DNA of 64,000 nucleotides from Bacteroidales bacterium (GTDB taxonomy: Bacteria > Bacteroidota > Bacteroidia > Bacteroidales > UBA932): contig JAFZBQ010000081.1 in assembly GCA_017561665.1 (NCBI GenBank), positions 23,881 to 87,880 on the forward strand, given 5' to 3'. The translations under genes were made by a program, and so were the position numbers. The notes beneath the pieces were generated by a model that was given only the letters and a program-made list of their open reading frames with translations, ran no database searches and had not been told where the DNA came from. Positions 1 to 13,915 of the stretch are shown here, piece by piece (position 1 is the first letter of the stretch; each line of letters starts with the position of its first letter).

Positions 1-2408
1 TTGACGCTCTGCTCTTTAGGAAGGATGTTATCCTTGTAGCCAACCTTGTTGTGCAGATATGTGAAGTTGGCCTGTTCTGCCATCTGGCCCTCTGCGGGAA
101 CCATTGCCAAAGCCTTGGCACCCTTGAATCCGGGGCATACGTCGGCGCAGTTGCCGCAACCGGTACAGTCGGCGGGGCTTAGCTGCATGGTGAACATATA
201 GTCTTTGAGCTGAGCCTTGCCCTGAGCCATCTTCATACCTTCGGGAGCCTTGGCGGCCTCCTTCTCGGTCATCAGGAACGGACGGATGGCTGCATGGGGG
301 CAGACATACGCGCACTGGTTGCACTGGATACAGTTGTCGGGGTTCCACTCGGGAACATTCACGGCCACGCCGCGTTTCTCGTATGCGGCGGTACCGGAAG
401 GAATTGTACCGTCCACAAAGTCGGGACTTGCAAATACACTCACCGGCAGGGTGTTGCCCTCCTGGGCGCCCACCACGTCGGCCACATTGCGGATCCACTC
501 GGGAGCCATACGGCCGTAGCCTGCATTAACAAAGCGACCGGAAACCTTCTTCCACTCTTCCGGAATCTCGACCTTGGTGTATTCTCCGCCGCGGTCAACG
601 GCAGCGTAGTTCATTGCCACGATGTCGGCGCCCTTCTTGCCATACGACTTGTCGATTGCCTTCTTCATGAATGTCACAGCATCCTCATAAGGAATGATGT
701 TGGTAATCTTGAAGAATGCCGACTGAAGGATGGTGTTGGTACGGCCGCCGAGGCCGATTTCGGCAGCGATCTTGGTGGCGTTGATGATGTACAGGCTCAC
801 GTTCTTGGAGGCGATCTCCTTCTTTACGAAGTCGGGGATGCGCTTGAGAGTCTCTTCCTCGTCCCACATACTGTTCAGCAGGAATGTGCCGCCCTTTTTA
901 ATGCCCTTGAGGACATCATATTTGTTCAGGTAAGAAGGCACGTGGCAGGCCACGAAATCGGGGGTGCTCACCAGATAGGGAGCGCGGATGGGCTGGTCGC
1001 CGAAACGCAGATGGGAGCAGGTGTATCCGCCCGACTTCTTGCTGTCGTAGTCGAAGTATGCCTGTGCATATTTGTCGGTGTGGTCGCCGATGATCTTGAT
1101 GGTGTTCTTGTTGGCGCCTACCGTACCGTCGCTGCCAAGGCCGAAGAAGCGGCATTCGTAGGTACCCTTCTTGGAAAGCGATATCTCGCCCTTGACGGGG
1201 AGTGACTTGTAGGTGACGTCGTCCACGATACCGATTGTGAAGTCGTTCTTTGGCTCCTTGAGGGCAAGGTTGTCAAACACCGCGATGATCTGTGCGGGAG
1301 TTGTGTCCTTGCTGGAAAGGCCGTAACGGCCGTGGAAGATCTGGATGCCGCGTGTTCCGTAAAGGGCGTTGCGGACGTCCAGTGCCAGAGGTTCGCCGTT
1401 GGCGCCGCTCTCTTTGGTACGGTCCAGAACGGCCAGGCGCTTCGCGCTCTTGGGCAATGCGCGCTTGAAGTATTTCAGGGAGAAAGGACGGTACAGGTGC
1501 ACGCTGACAAGGCCCAGCTTGCGGCCCTCCTTCTCTGCCAGATAGTCGATTGTCTCTTTGATGGTGTCGCAAACCGAACCCATGGCTACGATGATGTCCT
1601 CGGCTGCGGGGTCGCCGTAATAGTCGAACGGAAGGTAATGGCGGCCTGTTATCTCGCCAATCTCACCCATATAGCGGGCCACGATGTCGGGAACTGCATC
1701 GTAATACTGGTTCACAGCCTCGCGGGCCTGGAAATATACGTCGGGGTTCTGCGCGGTGCCGCGGGTGACGGGCTTGACAGGATTCAGAGCCCTTGCGCGG
1801 AACACCTCCAGAGCCTTTTCGCTCACCAGCGGGCGGAGATCCTCGCCTTCGAGAATCTCTATCTTCTGTATTTCGTGGGAGGTGCGGAAGCCGTCAAAGA
1901 AGTGCACGAAAGGCAGGCTGCTCTTGATAGCCGCCAGATGTGCCACGGCACCCAGGTCCATCGCCTCCTGAGGGTTGTTCGATGCCAAAAAGTTGAAGCC
2001 GGTGGCGCGGGCCGCCATTACGTCCTGATGGTCGCCGAAGATTGACAAGGCGTGGGAAGCCAGGGCGCGTGCAGAAACGTGGAAAACGCCGGGAAGCAGC
2101 TCGCCAGCAATCTTGTACATATTGGGAATCATCAGCAGCAGGCCCTGGGATGCTGTGAAAGTGGATGTCAGGGCACCTGCCTGCAGCGAACCGTGCACTG
2201 CACCGGCGGCTCCCGCCTCACTCTGCATCTCTGTAACCGAAGGAACATTGCCGAACATATTCTTCTTGCCGTACGCTACCCACTCGTCAAAAAGTTCGGC
2301 CATTGTAGAAGAGGGTGTGATAGGGTAAATCGCTGCATTTTCGCTGAACAGATAAGCTGCATGAGCTGCCGCATAGTTACCGTCACACGTGATAAATTTC
2401 TTTGCCAT
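1..2408 (-). CDS. nifJ: Pyruvate:ferredoxin (flavodoxin) oxidoreductase, N-terminal ~800 codons; gene continues beyond the left edge
   Basis: Not in the ORF track because it runs off the window. Reverse-complement translation from ATG 2408-2406 reads MAKKFITCDGNYAAAHAAYLFSENAAIYPITPSSTMAELFDEWVAYGKKNMFGN... The same frame near 100-190 gives CTGCGNCADVCP, a 4Fe-4S ferredoxin-type motif of PFOR. The long + strand ORFs here are antisense shadows. Confidence 0.85.
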   Translation of the reverse strand, partial: MAKKFITCDGNYAAAHAAYLFSENAAIYPITPSSTMAELFDEWVAYGKKNMFGNVPSVTEMQSEAGAAGAVHGSLQAGALTSTFTASQGLLLMIPNMYKIAGELLPGVFHVSARALASHALSIFGDHQDVMAARATGFNFLASNNPQEAMDLGAVAHLAAIKSSLPFVHFFDGFRTSHEIQKIEILEGEDLRPLVSEKALEVFRARALNPVKPVTRGTAQNPDVYFQAREAVNQYYDAVPDIVARYMGEIGEITGRHYLPFDYYGDPAAEDIIVAMGSVCDTIKETIDYLAEKEGRKLGLVSVHLYRPFSLKYFKRALPKSAKRLAVLDRTKESGANGEPLALDVRNALYGTRGIQIFHGRYGLSSKDTTPAQIIAVFDNLALKEPKNDFTIGIVDDVTYKSLPVKGEISLSKKGTYECRFFGLGSDGTVGANKNTIKIIGDHTDKYAQAYFDYDSKKSGGYTCSHLRFGDQPIRAPYLVSTPDFVACHVPSYLNKYDVLKGIKKGGTFLLNSMWDEEETLKRIPDFVKKEIASKNVSLYIINATKIAAEIGLGGRTNTILQSAFFKITNIIPYEDAVTFMKKAIDKSYGKKGADIVAMNYAAVDRGGEYTKVEIPEEWKKVSGRFVNAGYGRMAPEWIRNVADVVGAQEGNTLPVSVFASPDFVDGTIPSGTAAYEKRGVAVNVPEWNPDNCIQCNQCAYVCPHAAIRPFLMTEKEAAKAPEGMKMAQGKAQLKDYMFTMQLSPADCTGCGNCADVCPGFKGAKALAMVPAEGQMAEQANFTYLHNKVGYKDNILPKEQSV

Positions 2409-2450
2409 TTATTATAACTGTTAAAAATATTTGTCCTTGTATATTGTTCT

Positions 2451-3410
2451 TTACCAATAACATCCGTTTTCTACCTTCAGGTATGTTTTCGGGCGGTCCG
2501 CTTCGCTGGGACGGCACCAGTACCCGTTTACGGGAATGTCGTAATTACCTTCTTCCCAACGCTTGCCGATTATACCGAACAGCAGTTGTGTTGCCCCACC
2601 GAGCTGGATTGCCTTGTGCCCGGTCCTCTTGGCGTGGGCAGCGAGGCTGAATCCGTACGCGCCGCAACCGATGATGGCTATATCGTACTGCAACTTGTCC
2701 ATCTCGTCTTTCATATGCTGCAGCGCCGAAAACCAGTCTTCGAACTCCTCATTCCCTCCCAACGACTGGACGGCCTTTACCGTCAGCAGGTTGAATTCCG
2801 GCATAAAGTCGGGATTGGTAAAAAGCAGCGTCCGCTTTTCATACTGCTTGCGGATGGTCTCCTCAAAAGGATACACCACCAGCACGTTTTTCCCCTTCAA
2901 AGCCTGCGTCCACTGGAGCGAAACATCCTCCGCGGCATAGTCGGGCTGCAGGTCAAACAAACGGCATCGGCGGCAGTCTTTGGGCAGGTAATCCTTGATA
3001 TACTGCTCCTTATAGAAGCGGCTGCCCAGAATGTCGAGCTGGGCGGCATCCTGCAACGTCAACTCCGCATACTTAGCCAGAGTTTCTTCGTTTACCGGGA
3101 AGAAACCGGCATTCTGCTCAATGGCCTTGACCCAGGCGGGGTCCCACCACCATTGAAATACTTTCCAGGTCACGAATTTCCACACCGAATGCGGGCTGTT
3201 CTTCACCCCCAGATAATTGGCCACCGTATTCAGTTCGGTGCAGCCGAAACGCGCGATCATTGCCGGTTTGTCACCTTCCAGACACTCGCGAATCATCTTC
3301 GCAGCCTCCTGCCGGCTTACTTCCACAACCGGCGGCTGGGGCTTGTTGTGATGGAACGGCAACAGCAGCCGGCGCGCGGTTTTCAGTATTATTTGGAGTG
3401 GTCGGTTCAC
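2451..3410 (-). CDS. Hypothetical protein; possible GT-D/DUF1792-like glycosyltransferase (function unverified)
   Basis: 319-aa ORF. Motifs ARFGCTELN and IIGCGAYGFSLAAHAKRTGHKAIQLGG recall the GT-D fold from memory only. Confidence 0.5.
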   Translation of the reverse strand: MNRPLQIILKTARRLLLPFHHNKPQPPVVEVSRQEAAKMIRECLEGDKPAMIARFGCTELNTVANYLGVKNSPHSVWKFVTWKVFQWWWDPAWVKAIEQNAGFFPVNEETLAKYAELTLQDAAQLDILGSRFYKEQYIKDYLPKDCRRCRLFDLQPDYAAEDVSLQWTQALKGKNVLVVYPFEETIRKQYEKRTLLFTNPDFMPEFNLLTVKAVQSLGGNEEFEDWFSALQHMKDEMDKLQYDIAIIGCGAYGFSLAAHAKRTGHKAIQLGGATQLLFGIIGKRWEEGNYDIPVNGYWCRPSEADRPKTYLKVENGCYW

Positions 3411-3540
3411 GACGCAAAAATCGGTTAAAAACGGTCGGGACCTTATATCCCAATTTCAGTTACAAACATAACAAAAAAATTGGCACATTTTATGATTATT
3501 ATCCCTCAAAAGTTCTACCTTTACTGTAAATTTTAACGAA

Positions 3541-4260
3541 ATGAAAAAGATTTTACTGGCAATTGCCGTTATGGCCCTTTCTGCAAGCGCTTTCGCACAA
3601 GTCGAGTCCGCCGGCATCGATCCTGAAAAGAACATTAAGTTCATGCAGGAGCATCTCTATAACATGCCCGAGTTTGTAAAGGGCACCGTGGTGTTCGACC
3701 AGGACGCTGCTGTATATGAAGATGATGGCACTCCCATCACCCTGCATCCTGCGCAGGGCATCATCAATATCGACAACCTGCACCAGTGCGTAATGATGCT
3801 CAACGGCAACGACACAATCCCCATCATATATGAAGACCACGTGGTCAAGGTCAATACCAACAAGGGTATGTACCTCAAGATCAAGGGTATATATTATGAG
3901 GTCCTGGAGTATAACGATGCCGTTCTCGGATACATGACCCTTCTCAAGGGCGAGGACGTGGGCACCCGTGACGCATACGGCACACGCTCCAAACTGAGCA
4001 GCGTGACCAACATCACCTCCCTCTCCGGAGAAGGGGGCACCACAGAGAAACTCGTAGCCAACACCGAGATGCGCTACACCTGGGAGCAGCGCCCCGTAAT
4101 CATCCAGGGCAAGAAGGTGGCTTACCTGAACAATGAGAAACAGCTGTGCAAGATGTTCAAAAAGAAATCCGCTGCCATCAAAGAGTTCTTCGCAACCCAC
4201 GAAGTGGACCAGTACAATGTGGACCAGGCCCGCGAACTCTACAAACTGATATTACAGTAA
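3541..4260 (+). CDS. Secreted hypothetical protein
   Basis: 239-aa ORF with signal peptide MKKILLAIAVMALSASAFAQ. No family recognised. Confidence 0.6.
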   Translation: MKKILLAIAVMALSASAFAQVESAGIDPEKNIKFMQEHLYNMPEFVKGTVVFDQDAAVYEDDGTPITLHPAQGIINIDNLHQCVMMLNGNDTIPIIYEDHVVKVNTNKGMYLKIKGIYYEVLEYNDAVLGYMTLLKGEDVGTRDAYGTRSKLSSVTNITSLSGEGGTTEKLVANTEMRYTWEQRPVIIQGKKVAYLNNEKQLCKMFKKKSAAIKEFFATHEVDQYNVDQARELYKLILQ

Positions 4261-5142
4261 TTAACCGATAGAGTTTATCTCGATAGCGCCTTCGGGCGCT
4301 ATTTTTTTTATCAGGCCGGCGAGGACTGTGCCGGGGCCGACTTCCGTAAATGAGGTGGCGCCGTCGGCTATCATATTCTCTACCGTCTGCGCCCAGCGCA
4401 CCGGACTGGTAAGCTGCTTGAGCAGATTCTCGCGGATCTTTTCCGGATCCATAGTAGGCAGGGCGTCGACATTCTGATATACCGGGCAGAACGGCTCGTG
4501 GAAATAGGTACGGCCAATGGCCTCAGACAGGCGCTTGGCCGCCGGTGCCATAAGCGGAGAGTGGAAGGCGCCGCCAACCTGGAGCTTCAGGGCACGTTTG
4601 GCTCCGGCCGCCTTGAGGGCCTCGCAGGCGGCATCTATAGCATCGTTTTCTCCCGAAATCACCAACTGGCCGGGGCTGTTGTAGTTGGCCGGAACCACCA
4701 CTCCGTCGATTTCGGAGCAGACATTCTCTATCGTTTCGAAGTCTAGACCAAGCACCGCCGCCATAGTGCCGGGGGCCGCCTCGCATGCCTGCTGCATGGC
4801 ATCTGCGCGGATTGCCACCAGGCGCAGTGCATCCTCAAACAAAAGCGCACCCGCAGCCACCAGGGCCGAGAATTCGCCCAGCGAATGACCGGCGGTCATC
4901 TCGGGATTGAAATCTTCCATGCAGGTCGCGGTAATCACCGAATGCAGGAACACTGCCGGCTGTGTCACCGCGGTGGCCTTGAGGTCCTCCGCAGAACCGG
5001 AGAACATCACCTTGGTGATGTCAAAACCGAGTATTTCGTTGGCGCGCTTGAACAGTGACTTTGCTCTGGGATTGCTGTGATAGAGTTCCTTGCCCATTCC
5101 GGGGAACTGCGAACCCTGACCGGGGAAAACGTATGCTTTCAT
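4261..5142 (-). CDS. fabD: Malonyl CoA-acyl carrier protein transacylase
   Basis: 293 aa. Has FPGQGSQ and the active-site GHSLGEFSAL motif typical of FabD. Confidence 0.9.
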   Translation of the reverse strand: MKAYVFPGQGSQFPGMGKELYHSNPRAKSLFKRANEILGFDITKVMFSGSAEDLKATAVTQPAVFLHSVITATCMEDFNPEMTAGHSLGEFSALVAAGALLFEDALRLVAIRADAMQQACEAAPGTMAAVLGLDFETIENVCSEIDGVVVPANYNSPGQLVISGENDAIDAACEALKAAGAKRALKLQVGGAFHSPLMAPAAKRLSEAIGRTYFHEPFCPVYQNVDALPTMDPEKIRENLLKQLTSPVRWAQTVENMIADGATSFTEVGPGTVLAGLIKKIAPEGAIEINSIG

Positions 5143-5210
5143 CTTTATTGATACTTTTTGAATATGTAAAGATAAGAAATAATGTGTACTTTTGCATTCC
5201 CAAAAGAACT

Positions 5211-5282
5211 GCTCCCGTAGTTTAATGGATAGAATTGAAGATTCCGGTTCTTTAGGTTGGGGTTCGATTCCCCACGGGAGTA
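5211..5282 (+). tRNA. tRNA-Arg (anticodon CCG)
   Basis: Hand-folded cloverleaf. Acceptor GCTCCCG/CGGGAGT, D-loop with GG, anticodon stem GAAGA/TCTTT with loop TTCCGGT, T-arm TGGGG-TTCGATT-CCCCA, discriminator A. CCA is not encoded. Confidence 0.85.
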
Positions 5283-5456
5283 CAAATTATTACTGGGGCC
5301 AGGCCCCAGACCCCTCGCTCCGCGCTTGCTATCGCACATTGCCACCCTGCTCGCGCTCCGCTATTGCCTGCTGGCAATTGATACCTTCAACTTACCTGGA
5401 TTCATTTGTTTATACGGGTGACTACGCCCCCCGAACCCCCGCGGCGCAGAGAGCCG

Positions 5457-5480
5457 GCCATCCAGTCGGATGGCTTTTTT
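5457..5480 (+). terminator. Rho-independent terminator-like hairpin
   Basis: GCCATCC-agtc-GGATGGC followed by TTTTTT, about 175 nt downstream of the tRNA. Confidence 0.55.
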
Positions 5481-5511
5481 CGTGTGAAGTGCTCCTAAAG
5501 GTCCATTCTTT

Positions 5512-5574
5512 GGACCGGCAGGAACACTTTTGGAGGTAAAACGCGCTTGCCGGTCCAAGAGATGGACCGGCAGG
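5512..5574 (+). repeat. Three copies of an 11-mer (GGACCGGCAGG direct, CTTGCCGGTCC inverted, GGACCGGCAGG direct) able to form alternative hairpins
   Basis: Read directly: 5512-5522, 5546-5556 (reverse complement with one G:T) and 5564-5574. The third copy overlaps the left arm of the next terminator hairpin. Confidence 0.6.
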
Positions 5575-5603
5575 CACGCACGGGTGTGTGCGTTTGCCTT
5601 TTT
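5569..5603 (+). terminator. Second terminator-like hairpin with T-tract
   Basis: GGCAGGCACGCAC...GTGCGTTTGCC (imperfect stem) followed by TTTTT. Confidence 0.45.
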
Positions 5604-5616
5604 GGGGAAAGATTGT

Positions 5617-5624
5617 TAACTTTG
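5617..5624 (+). promoter_or_regulatory. Bacteroidetes -7 promoter box (TAnnTTTG) for the 5671 lipoprotein gene
   Basis: TAACTTTG lies 46 nt upstream of ATG 5671. Confidence 0.45.
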
Positions 5625-5670
5625 GAAAACACAGATTATCGAAACGATAATCATTCTAAAACATACTGCT

Positions 5671-10259
<4,589 letters not shown>

Positions 10260-10426
10260 CATACTGCGCCCAATGGAGAAAAATTGACCCCATTGGGTAC
10301 GTTTTGGCCCGTTTTTGTTCCCAATGGCAATATTATTCTGCCATTAGGAGCATTTCCCCCTATTCGACACGAAAGCCCCCTTCCCGGGAAGGGGGTTGGG
10401 GGATGGGTAAAACATAGGCCACGTTC

Positions 10427-10478
10427 ACGTGGTCACTAAAAAAAGTCGCCTTTCAGCGACTTTTTTTAGTGACCACGT
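10427..10478. terminator. Perfect 23-bp inverted repeat with 6-nt loop; bidirectional terminator between the GH2 gene and tRNA-Arg
   Basis: ACGTGGTCACTAAAAAAAGTCGC-ctttca-GCGACTTTTTTTAGTGACCACGT. It has an A7/T7-flanked GC core, and the right arm overlaps the 3' acceptor end of the tRNA. Confidence 0.65.
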
Positions 10479-10543
10479 TGGGATTCTAACCCAAAACCTC
10501 TTGATCCGTAGTCAAGTGCTCTATACAGTTGAGCTACGCGGCC
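10470..10543 (-). tRNA. tRNA-Arg (anticodon ACG), atypical D/T loops
   Basis: Reverse complement: GGCCGCG TA GCTC AACTGTATA GAGC A CTTGA CTACGGA TCAAG AGGTT TTGGG TTAGAAT CCCAA CGTGGTC A. All four stems pair. The D-loop has GT instead of GG and the T-loop has TTAGA instead of TTCGA. Confidence 0.75.
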
Positions 10544-10561
10544 GTTATGAAAAATACAATG

Positions 10562-10933
10562 CTACTCGGCGTCCTTTGCAGCGTTGTACTTTTTCTCTTT
10601 GATACGTGCTTTCTTGCCGGTGAGGTTGCGGAGGTAGAAGATACGTGCGCGACGCACCTTACCGACCTTGTTGACCTCGATAGAATCGATGAACGGAGAA
10701 GCGAGAGGGAAAATACGCTCTACACCTACACCGTTGGATATCTTGCGGACAGTGAAAGTCTGTGTCATACCTGCACCGCGACGCTGAATGACTACGCCAC
10801 GGAATTTCTGCTGACGCTCTTTGTTCTCTTCTTTGATCACATAAGTGACGGTAACGGTGTCACCAGCCTTGAAGTTGGGGAACTCCTTAGGCTCCTGTGC
10901 CAATGCGTCCTGTGCTACTTTAAGTAAATCCAT
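10562..10933 (-). CDS. rplS: 50S ribosomal protein L19
   Basis: ORF trimmed to ATG 10933 (MDLLKVAQ...). [13 protein letters not shown] and [17 protein letters not shown] are typical of L19. Confidence 0.9.
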   Translation of the reverse strand: MDLLKVAQDALAQEPKEFPNFKAGDTVTVTYVIKEENKERQQKFRGVVIQRRGAGMTQTFTVRKISNGVGVERIFPLASPFIDSIEVNKVGKVRRARIFYLRNLTGKKARIKEKKYNAAKDAE

Positions 10934-11058
10934 TTCTTTCTTAATTAACTGCAACATTGCGGCTTGAAAGCCATTCTCGCAAGAGGTTGCTTTATTTTGG
11001 GACTGCAAAGATAGAAATTATTTTTATTACGCCAAATCCGGACGCAAAAAATTTGCAG

Positions 11059-12738
11059 TTAGTAGATTACCTCAAACTCCACTGCAGAGGAGTTGCCGCA
11101 ATGGTCGGTTACAGAAACGTATACATTATGCGAGCGGCCGGTGCGGTGGCTCTCGTCCGGATAAATCTGGATGCGCCCGCCGACATACTGCGAGAGTATC
11201 CACTTGCCGTCCATCCGGGCATCATACTCCGCCACCTCCGATTCACCGTCGTAGGCCTCTATCGAAAAGCGGCCGGACTCGGGCAGCTTCTCGCCGTCCC
11301 CTACCCGCGGCGTAAGCCTCGGGGCGATGGTATCTACCATAACCAGATATGTTCCGAAGCGGGTTTCGGCCTCCAGACCGCCCTCTACCGGCGTATTGCC
11401 GGCATACGAAAGGGTGCCGTCTTCTGCCATCTGGGCTATGTATGCCTTGCCGGCCAGGGCTGCAGGCACGCTGTCGGTGGCAAAACGAACCTTCAGCCGC
11501 CGCTGCAGGTGGATGCTCTCGTCGCCCAGGCTCCAGGTGTCGGAATATCGGCCCAGCGAGGGATTTGCACGGGCTACTTTCTTACAATCCACAAACGCCG
11601 ATGCATTCAGCGCCATCGCCGGAATTGTCATAGTCATACCGTCGCGGGAATAGACCGACGGCACATACCACAGCACAGAAAACTGGCCCACGGTGTCGGC
11701 CGGGTCGAAGACCTTGATGCGGAGGTCGCGTTTGATGTTGAAAGAGCAGCTGGCGCTGTTGCCGAAGCAGTCGGCCACCACGATTTTGAGGGTGTGGGCA
11801 TCGTCGTCTTCCAGAGTGATTATACCGTCGTTCACGGCATCTATCTTATACAGAAGGCCGTTGTTAGGCGGGCACCAGGTCTTGAGCAGGTCGCGCCCCT
11901 TCTCCCCCTGCTGAACCAGGCAGGCGAAATAGCGCCCGTCGCTGTAGGGAACATCGCCCACCTTGAAATCGTAGACCTTGTCTGAATCGAGATATACGCG
12001 ATAGCGCTCCACCGCCAGACGGCCGGTGGTGCCTTCCATGTAATCCACGGCGTCTATCGCCACGTAGAACTTATCGCTGACCGACACCGTCCCCTTGAAC
12101 TTTTCGGGCTGCGAAATCATCTGCAGCCGGCGCACTACCGGAACCGCCATGGAATCCTCAAAGGCATAGAACCCTACCCTGCTGATTACCGGGGGTTTGG
12201 TGTCCTTAACGGGATAAGTGCCGTCGGCCAGGTAGTTTACCGGCAGGTTGTCGCCGTCCTTGCGGATTTCCATATGCAGATGCGGGCCGCCGGAAGAGCC
12301 GCTGTTGCCAGAGAGGCCTATCACATCGCCCTTGGACACCGGGAACTCGTCCGGGTCGGGATAAATCACCACGCGGTAGCTCTGTTTGTCATACTGTTCC
12401 TGACGGATGCGGCGGGCCAGGTCGTCGCGGAAGCTGGCCATATGGCCGTAGACCGACATTGTGCCGTCGGGATGCTGGATATAGACGGCGTTGCCGTAGC
12501 CCACGGGCGATACCGACAGCCGGCATACGTAACCGCCTTTTATGGCGTGCAGCTCATAACCGCTGCGGGCGTTGGTACGCCAGTCCAGGCCGGCGTGGAA
12601 ATGATTTCGGCGAAGCTCCCCGTAAGTGCTTGAAAACGAGGCCGGATGGATATCCATCGGCCAGCCGTAGCCATTGCTCTGACCCCACGAAACAAGGGTC
12701 GCGAACAGCAGTGCCAATACGGAGAAAAGTCGCTTCAT
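11059..12738 (-). CDS. M23/LytM family metallopeptidase
   Basis: ORF trimmed to ATG 12738 (signal MKRLFSVLALLFATLVSWGQ). Metal-binding motifs HFHAGLDW and GNSGSSGGPHLHMEI. Confidence 0.85.
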   Translation of the reverse strand: MKRLFSVLALLFATLVSWGQSNGYGWPMDIHPASFSSTYGELRRNHFHAGLDWRTNARSGYELHAIKGGYVCRLSVSPVGYGNAVYIQHPDGTMSVYGHMASFRDDLARRIRQEQYDKQSYRVVIYPDPDEFPVSKGDVIGLSGNSGSSGGPHLHMEIRKDGDNLPVNYLADGTYPVKDTKPPVISRVGFYAFEDSMAVPVVRRLQMISQPEKFKGTVSVSDKFYVAIDAVDYMEGTTGRLAVERYRVYLDSDKVYDFKVGDVPYSDGRYFACLVQQGEKGRDLLKTWCPPNNGLLYKIDAVNDGIITLEDDDAHTLKIVVADCFGNSASCSFNIKRDLRIKVFDPADTVGQFSVLWYVPSVYSRDGMTMTIPAMALNASAFVDCKKVARANPSLGRYSDTWSLGDESIHLQRRLKVRFATDSVPAALAGKAYIAQMAEDGTLSYAGNTPVEGGLEAETRFGTYLVMVDTIAPRLTPRVGDGEKLPESGRFSIEAYDGESEVAEYDARMDGKWILSQYVGGRIQIYPDESHRTGRSHNVYVSVTDHCGNSSAVEFEVIY

Positions 12739-12742
12739 CGGC

Positions 12743-13903
12743 CTATTTGAACATATTTCTGATTCTGTTGAAGAAACTGCGCTCTTCCTGGGTGGGTCTC
12801 GCCTTGAAGTTCTCGCTCTGGCCAAGTTTCTCTACCAAAGCTTTCTCTTCTTTGGAAATCTTCTTTGGAATCCACACCTGGACTACCACCAGCAGGTCGC
12901 CGGTGCCATAGCCATCGACATCGGGAATACCCTTGCCGCGCAGACGCAGCGTCTTGCCGGGCTGGGTACCGGGCTCTATCTTTATCTTCAGCAAGCCGTC
13001 CACCGACGGAATCTGCGCCTCGCAGCCGTTGATGGCGTCTGCCACCGAAATGAATAGCGAATAGATCAGGTCGTTGCCGTCACGCTCCAGAATCGGATCC
13101 TTCTCCTCTTCAATGACAACCAGCAGGTTGCCGTTCACGCCGCCAGCCTTGGCCGCATTGCCCTTGCCCTGGATAGTGAGCTGCATTCCCTCCTGTACGC
13201 CGGCGGGAATCTTGAAGGTGATTTCTTCTGCCTGCTTTACCAGACCGCTGCCGCTGCACTTCTTGCAGGGAGTGGTAATGATTTTGCCTTCGCCACCGCA
13301 GCGGGGGCAGGGAGATGTGGTCTGCATAGCGCCCAGTATGGTCTTCTGCACGCGGGTCACCATACCGGTGCCGTTGCAGTCAGGGCAGGTCTTGATATCG
13401 GCCTCTGTGGCCGCGCCGCGCCCGTGACAGTCGGGGCACTGCACCATCTTGTTTATCTTGACGGTCTTCTCTACGCCGTGGACGATGTCCTTCAGGCCCA
13501 GTTTGACGCGGATGCGGATGTCACTGCCGCGCTGGACGCGACGTGCGGAGGATGAACGGCCGCCGCCGAATCCGAAACCGGAAAAGGCACCGCCGAAGGC
13601 ATCGCCGAAAATATCGCCGAACTGCGAGAAGATATCCTCCATGGAGAAGCCGCCTGCACTGCCACCGGCTGCACCACCCATTCCGGCGTGGCCATAGCGG
13701 TCGTAGCGGGCGCGCTTGTCAGGATTGCTGAGGACGTCATACGCCTCAGCAGCCTCCTTGAATTTCTCTTCGGCATCCTTGTCGCCGGGGTTTTTGTCCG
13801 GGTGGTACTGGATGGCCTTCTTACGGTAGGCCTTCTTTATCTCCTCTTCGGTTGCCGTGCGTTCTACGCCCAGCACCTCATAATAGTCTCTTTTCTCTGC
13901 CAT
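12743..13903 (-). CDS. dnaJ: Molecular chaperone DnaJ
   Basis: J domain with YHPDKNPG, a G/F-rich linker and four CxxCxGxG repeats ([32 protein letters not shown]). Confidence 0.95.
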   Translation of the reverse strand: MAEKRDYYEVLGVERTATEEEIKKAYRKKAIQYHPDKNPGDKDAEEKFKEAAEAYDVLSNPDKRARYDRYGHAGMGGAAGGSAGGFSMEDIFSQFGDIFGDAFGGAFSGFGFGGGRSSSARRVQRGSDIRIRVKLGLKDIVHGVEKTVKINKMVQCPDCHGRGAATEADIKTCPDCNGTGMVTRVQKTILGAMQTTSPCPRCGGEGKIITTPCKKCSGSGLVKQAEEITFKIPAGVQEGMQLTIQGKGNAAKAGGVNGNLLVVIEEEKDPILERDGNDLIYSLFISVADAINGCEAQIPSVDGLLKIKIEPGTQPGKTLRLRGKGIPDVDGYGTGDLLVVVQVWIPKKISKEEKALVEKLGQSENFKARPTQEERSFFNRIRNMFK

Positions 13904-13915
13904 ATCAGCCTCCGT

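Noticed and set aside
294-2045. Long + strand ORFs (294..1205, 1332..2045) over the first 2 kb
   Set aside because: They are antisense shadows of the PFOR gene on the minus strand. Their translations are low-complexity and Ala/Gly/Val/Leu-rich with no motifs, whereas the minus frame gives a clean PFOR N-terminus and a CxxCxxCxxxCP motif.
10269-10346. Two hairpins both starting with CCCAATGG after the GH2 stop (10269-10297 and 10322-10346), plus CCCCCTT-cccggg-AAGGGGG at 10376-10395
   Set aside because: These are short stems in a 3' UTR with nothing to suggest more than terminator or REP-like structure. They are too short to call a repeat family from a single window.
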